Source of the DNA: Elusimicrobiota bacterium
Lineage (GTDB): Bacteria; Elusimicrobiota; Elusimicrobia; Elusimicrobiales; UBA9959
Direction: 5' to 3'
Length of the DNA: 64,000 nucleotides
NCBI GenBank assembly: GCA_029267355.1
Contig: JAJUJA010000003.1
Span: forward strand, 22,519-86,518
In this document: positions 1 to 8,389 of the stretch, one piece after another
Layout: the number at the start of each line of letters is the position of its first letter
How positions within the stretch are numbered: the first letter of the stretch is position 1
The notes under the pieces: model-generated
Told to the model about the DNA's origin: nothing
Seen by the model: only the letters and a program-made list of their open reading frames with translations
Database searches by the model: none
Position numbers and translations under genes: made by a program

Positions 1-1101
1 TCTCCTCACCCCTCAAATGCCAGGATGACAGAGCGCACAGCAAGCAGGGTTCTGGATTTTATATTTTCATGTCCGTCGAAGGAAATCAGCATTGAATTCC
101 AGGGCGGCGAAGCGCTGCTTAATTGGCCTGTTTTAAAAAAATCGGCCGAAAAAGCTGCGGCGCTTGCCGCAAGGAAGGATAAAGATCTCAATGTTTCAGT
201 GGTTACAAATCTTTCGCTGATGAATTTTCAAATGGCGGATTATCTTTGCGAAAATGGAATTTCAGTATGCACCTCTCTTGACGGGCCGAAGGAGATTCAC
301 GATAAGAACCGGCTTTTTTTTGCCGGCTCATCGCATGATTTGGCTGTAAAATGGCTTGAGTATTTAAGGAAAAAAGTTTCTGCGGGGAAAGGCCGCAAGG
401 ATTCGCTGCCTTCGGCTTTGATGACTACCACAAGATTTTCACTTTCTGCGGCTGAAAAAATCGTAAGTCATTATCACAGCCTCGGCCTTGGCGGAATTTT
501 CATAAGGCAGCTTTCCCCCATAGGATATGCCAAAAATGTCTGGGATAAGATAGGATATTCTCCGGAGGATTTCCTCCGCTTTTATGAAGAGGCGCTTGAT
601 TGCGTGCTTAAAATAAACGGAAAAGGCGAAAGATTTATAGAGAGAAATGCCGCCATAAAACTTAAAAAATTGCTTTTTCTAAAAGACCCGAATTTTCTGG
701 ACCTGCGCTCTCCCTGCGGAGCTGCCATAGGACAGCTGGCCTACAATTGGGACGGTTCCATTTATACCTGCGATGAAGGAAGAATGACCGGCGCCGCGGG
801 CGACGATTTCTTTAAGGTCGGCAGCGTGTTTTCTTCTTCTTTCAGGGATGCTGTAAGCTCGCCGGCGGCAAAGATTTGCGCCATGTGTTCCTGCCTTGAA
901 AATCAGCCGTCCTGCTTCAGATGCGCGTTCAAGCATTATTGCGGAATTTGTCCTGTTCACAACTATGAAACTTCGGGAAGTCCGTGGGGCAATGCCGGGT
1001 TTGGCGGCTGGTGCGAGATTGAGAAGGGAATTTTCAAGATACTTTTGAAAAAAATGCGGAACAAAGAGAATAAGAAAATTTTTCTGGGATGGTTTGACTG
1101 A
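1..1101 (+). CDS. Radical SAM enzyme with C-terminal SPASM domain (anSME/peptide-maturase-like), 5'-truncated by the window edge
   Basis: Frame 1 is open from nt 1, with no stop before the ATG at 25. The FQGGEALL (GGE motif) lies about 25 aa into the ORF, but the CX3CX2C motif that normally precedes it is missing, so the N-terminus lies upstream of the window. SPASM-type cysteines are present: CGAAIGQLAYNWDGSIYTC ... CFRCAFKHYCGIC ... WC. Confidence 0.8.
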   Translation, partial: SPHPSNARMTERTASRVLDFIFSCPSKEISIEFQGGEALLNWPVLKKSAEKAAALAARKDKDLNVSVVTNLSLMNFQMADYLCENGISVCTSLDGPKEIHDKNRLFFAGSSHDLAVKWLEYLRKKVSAGKGRKDSLPSALMTTTRFSLSAAEKIVSHYHSLGLGGIFIRQLSPIGYAKNVWDKIGYSPEDFLRFYEEALDCVLKINGKGERFIERNAAIKLKKLLFLKDPNFLDLRSPCGAAIGQLAYNWDGSIYTCDEGRMTGAAGDDFFKVGSVFSSSFRDAVSSPAAKICAMCSCLENQPSCFRCAFKHYCGICPVHNYETSGSPWGNAGFGGWCEIEKGIFKILLKKMRNKENKKIFLGWFD

Positions 1102-1988
1102 TGCCTGATATATGCTTTTGGAATAAATGCGACAATAAATGCATAATGTGCACAAATCCGCCGGAGTTTTCAAGATCTTCTCCGGAAGGGAACTATGATT
1201 TTAAAACGCAGCTTGCAAAACTTGAAGCTTATCTTTCAGGCAATAAAGATACCTACTATTCAAACAGGCGCCGTCATGATTATATTTCCATTACAGGCGG
1301 CGAGCCGACAATGCATCCTGATTTTTTTGCGCTGCTTTATGCCGTAAGAAAACGGCTTCCTCAGACCCCTATAACTCTTCTTACCAACGGAAGAAGGCTC
1401 GGCGATAGAAAATTCTTTGAAAAATTTCTTAAAATAGCAAAGCAGCCTTTTTCCGTGGGCGTGCCTTTGCATTCGCAAGACAGGCAATTGTTTGAAAAAA
1501 TAACCGGCGTTAAAGGCAGTTACCTGCAGACTTTATCCTGCCTGGACAATTTGTTTGCACGCTTTCCTGGCGATGTTCAAATCAGAGTTGTCATTCATAA
1601 GCTTAATTACAAAAAAATAGGCGATATAGCGGCCTTTATCTCAAAAAGGTGGGGCAAACGCTTTAAAGCTGCTCTTATACACTATGAAATAGAAGGAATG
1701 TCAGATATAAATTCAAAAAAGGTGGGCCTTAAGCTGACGCAGTCTGCGAAAGCGATAGAAAAAAGCGCAAAAGCTCTTTCAGGGCTTGATTTTGAATTGT
1801 ATCATTATCCCCTGTGTGTTTTGTCCGATTCTCTAAGAGATAAAGCGAGAATAACTCTTCCGGGGGAGGAAAGGGTTTATCCGCCGGTTTGTTTTAGGTG
1901 CGCATTGAGAAAAAAATGTCTTGGACTTATGAAGGAATATTTTAAAGTTTACGGTTATTCTGAACTGAAGGCCCAAAGGAAGATATGA
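1101..1988 (+). CDS. Compact radical SAM enzyme, paralog 1 of 4 (CX3CX2C plus C-terminal CX2CX5C)
   Basis: CDNKCIMC (CX3CX2C) near the N-terminus, ITGGEPTMHPDF, and C-terminal PLC...CFRCALRKKCLG. The start ATG shares a base with the upstream TGA (TGATG). Confidence 0.85.
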   Translation: MPDICFWNKCDNKCIMCTNPPEFSRSSPEGNYDFKTQLAKLEAYLSGNKDTYYSNRRRHDYISITGGEPTMHPDFFALLYAVRKRLPQTPITLLTNGRRLGDRKFFEKFLKIAKQPFSVGVPLHSQDRQLFEKITGVKGSYLQTLSCLDNLFARFPGDVQIRVVIHKLNYKKIGDIAAFISKRWGKRFKAALIHYEIEGMSDINSKKVGLKLTQSAKAIEKSAKALSGLDFELYHYPLCVLSDSLRDKARITLPGEERVYPPVCFRCALRKKCLGLMKEYFKVYGYSELKAQRKI

Positions 1989-3163
1989 AGATTCATTCCA
2001 TCATAGGATATGCAGCTCTGATATTTTTTGTAATTTGGGGCTATTTTATATCTGTAGAAGACCTTAAAACAAGCAAAATATCAAACAAAAGGATAATCCT
2101 GGGTTTTCGGCTTCTTTTTGTTTTCTTCATCGCCCAGGCCGCAAACAGCATTTTAGGCAAATACGGATACGGAGAGATATACCTGAACAAAATTTATTTC
2201 TACTACCTATTTCTGAACATGGCTTTGGCGATTATGGGAGGCATAATTCTTTGGTACGGCGAAATCTGGCCCGCGGGAGACGCCAAGTTTTTTATAACTT
2301 CCGTTTCGCTGCTGCCTCTGGCCTTGCCGGAGATAGCCGGTTTTCCCGGGTATTTATGGCTTTCAGTGCTTATAAATACTTTTGTTATTGCCGGGATATA
2401 CGCAGTGGCGCGTTTTCTTTATGAAAGCTACAGAATGAAGCTGAGCGGCGATAACGACGCTTTTAAGGAGCTTAGAGATTTTAAGGAAAAGATAAGGGCT
2501 TTTTTTGCCGAGAATTCCGGCAAGACCGCGGCTCGAAAAATAGCAGGAATTTTTTTCAGTCTGGGCATAATATTTCTGGCCAAGCAGGTTTTGAATATGT
2601 ATTTGATGGGCCTTTTAGGCAGAAGCCTTTCAAAGGCTTATATAATATACTTTCTGCTGTTTTTCGGCTGGGAAAAGGCCGGAAAAATTTTTCAAAAGAA
2701 ATCATGGAAAATAGCCATGGGCGTCCTGTACGCCGTTTATTTTTCTGCCGGAATGATTTTTTTCAGGGATGAGGTTTTAAGCCATGTCTTGAAGGCGCTT
2801 TCAAATGTCGTTAAGTTCAGCGTGATTTTAACGCTTGGAAGATTTGTGCTTGAGTATCTGGTTGAAAAGAAAAACGCTTACTGGGTTTCATCAAAGGATG
2901 TCAAAGAAGGCATGGTCCTGTCATCTTTTTCCATTAAAAGCGTAAGAACCAATGAGGAAATAGCGCCTCTTTTTGAGGGTTACTATAAGGACGGTATAGA
3001 CTCAGAGCAGGCGCAGGCCCTGTCCGCGTGGCTGTCAAAGATAGACGGAGGAAAAGGTAAACTGGAGATGGTCAAGGGCTATCCGTTTGCTTTTTGGATT
3101 TACCTCGGCTGTATTTTTTTGCTGGTTTTTAATAAAAGTATCCTCTCCTTCATAAGGTTATGA
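1985..3163 (+). CDS. Polytopic membrane protein with A24 (prepilin/preflagellin-type) aspartyl-peptidase motifs and a large internal insertion
   Basis: Many hydrophobic segments. SVEDLKTSKISNK resembles the first A24 Asp motif (D-x5-I/L-P-N/D). WPAGDAKFF resembles the second (G-x-GD-x-KL). C-terminal GYPFAFWIYLG resembles the A24 PFGP-x-L tail. ATGA overlaps at both ends (1985-1988 and 3160-3163). Confidence 0.6.
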   Translation: MKIHSIIGYAALIFFVIWGYFISVEDLKTSKISNKRIILGFRLLFVFFIAQAANSILGKYGYGEIYLNKIYFYYLFLNMALAIMGGIILWYGEIWPAGDAKFFITSVSLLPLALPEIAGFPGYLWLSVLINTFVIAGIYAVARFLYESYRMKLSGDNDAFKELRDFKEKIRAFFAENSGKTAARKIAGIFFSLGIIFLAKQVLNMYLMGLLGRSLSKAYIIYFLLFFGWEKAGKIFQKKSWKIAMGVLYAVYFSAGMIFFRDEVLSHVLKALSNVVKFSVILTLGRFVLEYLVEKKNAYWVSSKDVKEGMVLSSFSIKSVRTNEEIAPLFEGYYKDGIDSEQAQALSAWLSKIDGGKGKLEMVKGYPFAFWIYLGCIFLLVFNKSILSFIRL

Positions 3164-4101
3164 ACGAAAATAAACAGGAAAAAAGACAGAAACTTGTGAT
3201 TTTTACGGGTTATGCCTGTAATAACAATTGCGTTTTCTGCATAAACGCAGATAAAAGGCAGATAAGGCCGAAAAATACCCAGGAATTGCTCAAAGAGATT
3301 TATGCTTCATCCAAAAAAGGGATTGAAATACTTGAACTTATCGGCGGAGAGCCCTCAATAAGAGATGATTTCTTTCTGCTGTTATCCGCCGCTAAAAAGG
3401 TGGGCATAAAAGAAACTGTAATAGCGACAAACGGCAGAATGTTTTCAGATTTTTCCTTTGCCAAAAAGGCGGTTGAAAGCGGTCTTGGCGCAATAATATT
3501 TTCGGTTCATGGAAGTCATGCCCGGCTGCACGATATGCTGACTCAGGCGCCAGGCTCTTTTTCGCAGCTTAAAAAAGGAATCGAAAATTTCAGAAAGTTG
3601 AAGTTCCCCAAAATAAACGGCAATACAACTGTAGTAAAGCAAAATATGAGGGATATTCCAAAAATAGCGGATTTATATGTTTCAAAAGGAATCAGGAACG
3701 TTGAGTATATATTCGTAGATCCCAACTACGGCGGCGCGAAAAATAACTTTGAAAAATATGTTCCTAAAATATCAAAGGCGGCCGTTTTTATTAAAAAAGC
3801 TTTGGATATCGGTCTTAAGGCCGGTTATGATCAATGGAAGGCAAGATATGTGCCGCTTTGCCATTTTAAGGGCTATTTTGACCATATAAGCGAGATAAAC
3901 GAGAGAAAGCTTTTTTTTGTAAGGCATTCCGCTCCGGATTTTAGAAATGAGGATGTTTTATCTTCCAGAAGAAAAGCAGGAAGAAGGAAGACCGCCGCCT
4001 GTAAGGGCTGCGCCGTTTACAGGCTTTGCGAGGGTATCTGGGTGGAATATATAAGCAGGTACGGCGATGGAGAGCTTAAGCCGGTTAAAAATGGAAATTA
4101 A
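3160..4101 (+). CDS. Compact radical SAM enzyme, paralog 2 of 4
   Basis: YACNNNCVFC (CX3CX2C), ELIGGEPSIRDDF, and C-terminal PLCHF...CKGCAVYRLCEG (CX2CX5C). Confidence 0.85.
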   Translation: MNENKQEKRQKLVIFTGYACNNNCVFCINADKRQIRPKNTQELLKEIYASSKKGIEILELIGGEPSIRDDFFLLLSAAKKVGIKETVIATNGRMFSDFSFAKKAVESGLGAIIFSVHGSHARLHDMLTQAPGSFSQLKKGIENFRKLKFPKINGNTTVVKQNMRDIPKIADLYVSKGIRNVEYIFVDPNYGGAKNNFEKYVPKISKAAVFIKKALDIGLKAGYDQWKARYVPLCHFKGYFDHISEINERKLFFVRHSAPDFRNEDVLSSRRKAGRRKTAACKGCAVYRLCEGIWVEYISRYGDGELKPVKNGN

Positions 4102-5149
4102 AGAAAAAGAAGTACAGCTTGCCGTATATCCGTGGGGTGATTGCAATATGCGCTGCCTTTACTGCTCATACAGGGGCGCGCGCGGGACTTTAAAGATAAA
4201 AGATTTTGTATCAGTTTTGAAATTCCTCAAAAAAGTTGAGCCGGGTTTTTCTAAGATAACTTTTCTCGGCGGCGAGCCGACCTTAAAACCGCGTCTTTTA
4301 AGAGCTTATTTTGAAGCGGCCGGGATAAATGCGCCGGATTGCCGGCTGTTTCTCTTTACCAACGGCCTTGAGGTTGAAGAAGGTGTTTTCAGGATTTTAA
4401 AAGAATTCAATGTTAATGTCGTCTTGAGCATAGACGGATTTGAAAGGGTAAATTACAGCCAACGGAGCAGGGCCGATAAGAAAAAGTATTCGCCCTTAAA
4501 AATAGCCGAAAAGTTTCTGTCGGCCGGGCTTAATTCTCTCGCTTTCTCTCTTACCGTTACGCCCGATAATGCCGCGTTTCTTGTTTCAAATTTGAAAAAA
4601 ATGGCGCTGCTGGGCGCTTCGGCCATAGGGTGGAATGCGGATTATGCGGCTTCATGGAGCGATTCGGATTTGAAACAGCTTAAAAAACAGATTGAAGGCG
4701 AGCGGTTATTTTATCTTAAGCTTTTAAGAGCCGGCAAGCCTTACAGAATTTCAAATTGTTATGAGCTTATGGAGGAGATTGGAAGCGGCAATAAAAGTTC
4801 CTGTTCGGCCTTTTCCCTATTCCCTGACGGTAAAATATACGCCTGCGACAAGGTATTTTCTGCCCCTTTGGAGAAAAGAAAAAAGGCCGTTTTATCAAGG
4901 GATAATTTCAAAAAAGACAGAAAAAAATTTTTCAGCACGGCCCTGAAGGCCGGCTTTGAAGATAGGGGGCTTATTTGCAGGGCAGGACTGTATTTTTATC
5001 ATAAATTTGTAAAATGTCTTGAAGGAAAAGCTCTTGAAGAAAGTCTATCGGTTTCTTTGAAGACAGCCGCCCTGATTGAAAGGGAAAAGATGAAAAGCTT
5101 GAGATTATTTATGAAATACGGCCTTTTCAGGAAGCTTCACGGATTATGA
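4067..5149 (+). CDS. Radical SAM enzyme with twitch/SPASM-like C-terminal region
   Basis: DCNMRCLYC (CX3CX2C), ITFLGGEPTLKP, CSAFSLFPDGKIYAC (C-x8-G-x4-C), and later Cys residues in ICRAG...KCLEG. It overlaps the upstream gene by 35 nt, or by 11 nt if the ATG at 4091 is the start. Confidence 0.8.
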   Translation: MESLSRLKMEIKEKEVQLAVYPWGDCNMRCLYCSYRGARGTLKIKDFVSVLKFLKKVEPGFSKITFLGGEPTLKPRLLRAYFEAAGINAPDCRLFLFTNGLEVEEGVFRILKEFNVNVVLSIDGFERVNYSQRSRADKKKYSPLKIAEKFLSAGLNSLAFSLTVTPDNAAFLVSNLKKMALLGASAIGWNADYAASWSDSDLKQLKKQIEGERLFYLKLLRAGKPYRISNCYELMEEIGSGNKSSCSAFSLFPDGKIYACDKVFSAPLEKRKKAVLSRDNFKKDRKKFFSTALKAGFEDRGLICRAGLYFYHKFVKCLEGKALEESLSVSLKTAALIEREKMKSLRLFMKYGLFRKLHGL

Positions 5150-6321
5150 GCGAAAAAGATACGGATAAAGGTTCCTGCTATGAAATATTGCTGAATTACA
5201 ATTGCAATGCGGCCTGTTCTTTTTGTTCGCAGGGCAATTTTGACAAATCCCTGAACGCGCCTTTTGAACTCATAGCCAGGGAAATATATACGGCTAAAAA
5301 GAACGGCTTTTCAAGACTCGGTTTCAGCGGCGGCGAGCCGACCGCCAATAAGAATCTTCTTAAAGCAGTAAAGCTTGCCAAAAGCGTTGGATTTAATTTT
5401 ATCAGGATACAGACAAACGGGATAAGACTCAAGGATTACTCTTATTGCCGCAGTTTAAAAAAAGCCGGGCTTACTTTCTGCAAATTTTCTTTTACAAATG
5501 ACGATGCTGTTGTGCATGACAGTCTGACGCGTGTGAACGGCTCGTGGGAGAGCGCCTCAAAAGGCCTTGAAAACATGAAAAAACTCAAGGTCAGGCTCGG
5601 CAATAATATCGTAATAAACCGCTACAACTATAACCGTCTAAAGTCCATAGTAGAGTATTTCCTCAAGAGAGGGATTTCCAATTTTGTAGTAATATACCCT
5701 ATATACACTGGTTCAATGGCAAAAAACGGCAAAAAACTGGGAGTTTCACTGCCGGACTGCGCCCCTTACTTCATGGAGACGCTTTCTTTTATGGCCTCCA
5801 TGGATATGGCCGGAGAAATCCTTTTCCTTAATGTGCCGCCATGTTTTTTGCCCGGTTATGAAAGCAATGCGATAGGAGGGGACAGGTTCAATACTGTTGT
5901 AGCCGACCCGGACGGGGGCACTATGGACCTGGACGAAAGTGCCGATTTAAACAAAAAGAAAGGCAAGCCGTGCCGATTGTGCCGGCTGAAAAACAAGTGT
6001 CACGGCGTTGATGCAGGGTATTTGAAGATTTTCGGATGGGAAGGTTTCAAGCCGGCTTCATTGAAAAAGCCGGTGCAAACTGTAGTTTCCAGGGCGTCCT
6101 ATTATACAGACAATGAAAGATGCATGATTGAGATACTTAAAAAAAGGGGAGCATTGAGCACTTCAGAGCTTTTAAAAGAGTCTCAAAAACTGGCTATTTG
6201 CAAGGATTGTTCCGACGGAGCTGCCGTAATATCTGCAGGAGAAAAGCTTTTGAAAAGAAAATTGGTGGCAAGAGAATTTAAGAAAGGCGCTTATATCTGG
6301 AAGCTGACGGGAAAAATATAA
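5146..6321 (+). CDS. Radical SAM enzyme, paralog 3 of 4, with an extra C-terminal winged-helix-like domain
   Basis: YNCNAACSFC (CX3CX2C), GFSGGEPTANKN, PPCFLPG...CRLCRLKNKCHG (CX2CX5C). A tail of about 70 aa follows (ERCMIEILKKRGALSTSELLKES...LVAREFKKGAYIWKLT) with a wHTH-like pattern. ATGA overlap at 5146-5149. Confidence 0.8.
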   Translation: MSEKDTDKGSCYEILLNYNCNAACSFCSQGNFDKSLNAPFELIAREIYTAKKNGFSRLGFSGGEPTANKNLLKAVKLAKSVGFNFIRIQTNGIRLKDYSYCRSLKKAGLTFCKFSFTNDDAVVHDSLTRVNGSWESASKGLENMKKLKVRLGNNIVINRYNYNRLKSIVEYFLKRGISNFVVIYPIYTGSMAKNGKKLGVSLPDCAPYFMETLSFMASMDMAGEILFLNVPPCFLPGYESNAIGGDRFNTVVADPDGGTMDLDESADLNKKKGKPCRLCRLKNKCHGVDAGYLKIFGWEGFKPASLKKPVQTVVSRASYYTDNERCMIEILKKRGALSTSELLKESQKLAICKDCSDGAAVISAGEKLLKRKLVAREFKKGAYIWKLTGKI

Positions 6322-7172
6322 TGCTTTTAAGAGTTATAAAAAACTGCAATCAAAATTGCGTTTTCTGCTCTTTTGACGAGAAAAAGACTGACAGACAGGA
6401 AAATCTCGCTTCTTTGGCCGCAAAGGAAAAAAAAGGTCCGGGCCTTATTCAGATTTCAGGCGGCGAGCCGCTTCTTTGCCGGCCTCAGGATTTGCTTGAT
6501 TTTTGCGGTAGGCTTGTCAAAAAAGGGAAGACCATAGAATTCCAAACCAACGGCACTCTTGTGGAATCTTTTCCGCCGGCATATTTATCAAAACTGGTTC
6601 GCTTAATTTCAGCAAGAAAAGGATATTTCAATATTAACTTTTCAGCCGCAGATGCCAAAGCTGATTTGAAAATAACTGGCCTTAAGGAAGCATTCCTGAA
6701 AAGGCTTAAGGCCGTTAAAATACTTAAATCCCTCAAAGCGGCTATAAGGCTTACTTTTGTGATAAACTCCATCAATTACAAGACTTTGAAATCTTTTGCG
6801 GTTCTGGCCGCCGGCCTGAAGCCGGATTTGATTCAGTTTAGTTTTGTTAAAGGACAGGGCAGCGCCTCAGGCAAAAAAAACATCATTCCCTCATACGAAA
6901 GCGTCTCTCCTTTTCTTATGGCAGCCATGGAAATCCTTGAAGGCAAAAAAATAAACTTTGAAATTGACCATATGCCCTGCTGCCATCTCGGCAGATTCTG
7001 GCGTTTTAATGTGGATGTGGATAAAGCCTTAAAAGGCCTGGACGGGCCGCATAAAAGCGAAAAGATACATGTTAAACAGTGCGGCGGATGCGGACTGAGA
7101 AAAGTTTGTTTCGGACCGAGAAAAGATTATTTGAAAGTGAGGAAATTCAGAAAAGGCAGGATAGCGCTATGA
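6321..7172 (+). CDS. Compact radical SAM enzyme, paralog 4 of 4
   Basis: KNCNQNCVFC (CX3CX2C), QISGGEPLL, and MPCCHLG...CGGCGLRKVCFG (CX2CX5C). TAATG overlap with the upstream gene. Confidence 0.85.
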   Translation: MLLRVIKNCNQNCVFCSFDEKKTDRQENLASLAAKEKKGPGLIQISGGEPLLCRPQDLLDFCGRLVKKGKTIEFQTNGTLVESFPPAYLSKLVRLISARKGYFNINFSAADAKADLKITGLKEAFLKRLKAVKILKSLKAAIRLTFVINSINYKTLKSFAVLAAGLKPDLIQFSFVKGQGSASGKKNIIPSYESVSPFLMAAMEILEGKKINFEIDHMPCCHLGRFWRFNVDVDKALKGLDGPHKSEKIHVKQCGGCGLRKVCFGPRKDYLKVRKFRKGRIAL

Positions 7173-8389
7173 GAAAAGAGCTGGCTCGCCTTTTCCCCGC
7201 CATTAAGAAAAAGATAAACGGGAAAGAACTTGTTTATCTTGACAGCGCCTGCACCGCTCTTAAAAATTCGGTTTCCGCGGAAATACAGGAAAAAAGTCTG
7301 CTTGAAGAAGGCTTTTGCGCCGGAGCAAGGTCTTTTAACGATGCTTCAATTCTGGCTCAGGAAAGGTTTTTACTATCCAGAAAAAAAATTGCCTGCTCTA
7401 TTAATGCCAAAGAAAGAGAAATAGTCTTTGTTTCAGGCGCCACTGAAGCGGCTAATATGGTAGCCGCTTCATTTCCCTTTAAAGCCGGAGATGAAATATT
7501 TCTGAGCGCTTTGGAGCATAATTCGGTGTTTTTGCCTTTTTGGAAAGCCGCAAAAGAAAAGAAACTTAAAATCAGGATAGTGCCTCTTAGAAATTACAAA
7601 GCTGATCTGAATCATTTCCGCCGGCAGGCCGGGAAAAAGGCCAGGATGCTTTGCCTTACCATGTCTTCAAATCTTACAGGCGGCGCGGAGGATTTTGCGG
7701 GTTTTGTATCCTTTTGCCGTCAAAAAGGCATAAAGGTCTTTCTGGACGCGGCGCAGTACATATCCTCGCATGGCCTAGATTTCGGCAAAACAGGCGCTGA
7801 TTTTGCGGTTTTTTCAGGCCATAAAATATCGGCCCCCTTCGGCACGGGAGTTCTTGCCGTGAGAGAAGACAATTTCAAACTGCTCAGGTCCTCAAAGCTT
7901 GGCGGCGGCACAATAGTGAAAATAGTCAAAGACGGCGGCTTGTATAAACCCTGTCTTCTGGATAATAATGCTTCTTTTGAGGCCGGCATACAGAATTATT
8001 CCGGAGCCCGCGCTCTGGCCGAAACTTTTTCGATTCTGGAAGAAACCGGTTATAAAAAAATAAGAACGCATATCGCCGGGCTTTGTAAAACGGCTTATGA
8101 AGTTTTAAGCTCAATAGACGGCATTAAAATCATCGGCGGCGGGCATGAGCAGGGTTCTCTGCTTTCTTTTGTTTTTGAGGGCAAGTTATCGGCGGCTGAT
8201 TTTCAGCTTTATGCCCGGGATGCCTGCAAGGCAAGTCTTGCTTTCAGAACGGGAAAAATGTGCGCAGATTTGGCCTGTCTTAATCTGGGCATAGACGGGG
8301 CTGTGAGGATTTCGTTCGGATTTTACAATGAAAAAAGGGATATAGAAATTTTTGCTCAAACCTTGAAAGATTTTTTGAGAGAATCATGA
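7169..8389 (+). CDS. Class V aminotransferase / cysteine desulfurase (SufS/CsdA-like)
   Basis: LDSACTALK near the N-terminus, the FSGHK PLP-lysine motif, and C-terminal RTGKMCADL resembling the SufS R-x-G-H-H-C active-site Cys loop. I placed the start at ATG 7169 (ATGA overlap with the upstream stop) rather than the track start at 7079, which lies inside the previous gene. Confidence 0.8.
   Translation: MRKELARLFPAIKKKINGKELVYLDSACTALKNSVSAEIQEKSLLEEGFCAGARSFNDASILAQERFLLSRKKIACSINAKEREIVFVSGATEAANMVAASFPFKAGDEIFLSALEHNSVFLPFWKAAKEKKLKIRIVPLRNYKADLNHFRRQAGKKARMLCLTMSSNLTGGAEDFAGFVSFCRQKGIKVFLDAAQYISSHGLDFGKTGADFAVFSGHKISAPFGTGVLAVREDNFKLLRSSKLGGGTIVKIVKDGGLYKPCLLDNNASFEAGIQNYSGARALAETFSILEETGYKKIRTHIAGLCKTAYEVLSSIDGIKIIGGGHEQGSLLSFVFEGKLSAADFQLYARDACKASLAFRTGKMCADLACLNLGIDGAVRISFGFYNEKRDIEIFAQTLKDFLRES

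Noticed and set aside
679-1173. A 164-aa minus-strand ORF inside the first radical SAM gene. Similar antisense ORFs lie inside other strong genes: 14486-14983, 21322-22081 (five ORFs), 23741-24154, 30413-30946, 46311-46754 and 58129-58599.
   Set aside because: Each lies fully antisense to a gene with strong motif support (SPASM domain, carbamate kinase, PilB, PilC, PhoH, PdxJ/GlmS, L25), and their compositions look like reverse-frame artefacts.
1-1988. Assigning the first two radical SAM genes to the His-Xaa-Ser (HxsB/HxsC) system, or the cluster to a named RiPP class (sactipeptide, ranthipeptide, mycofactocin, PQQ).
   Set aside because: The FQGGE and SPASM features are generic. I see no HxsA or HxsD-like His-x-Ser repeat peptide, no PqqA/MftA-like precursor and no matching gene order. 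A name cannot be justified without HMM searches.
7079-7168. N-terminal extensions in the ORF track. Affected starts are 7079 (desulfurase), 9142 (ygeY, TTG), 11580 (SGNH-TPR, GTG), 22385 (pilT, TTG), 36738 (mazG), 37256 (GH3), 45691 (pdxJ), 48272 (acpS) and 58585 (pth).
   Set aside because: In each case the extension lies inside the preceding gene, an antisense gene or a terminator. A downstream ATG with a Shine-Dalgarno-like sequence or an ATGA stop/start overlap gives the conserved family N-terminus.
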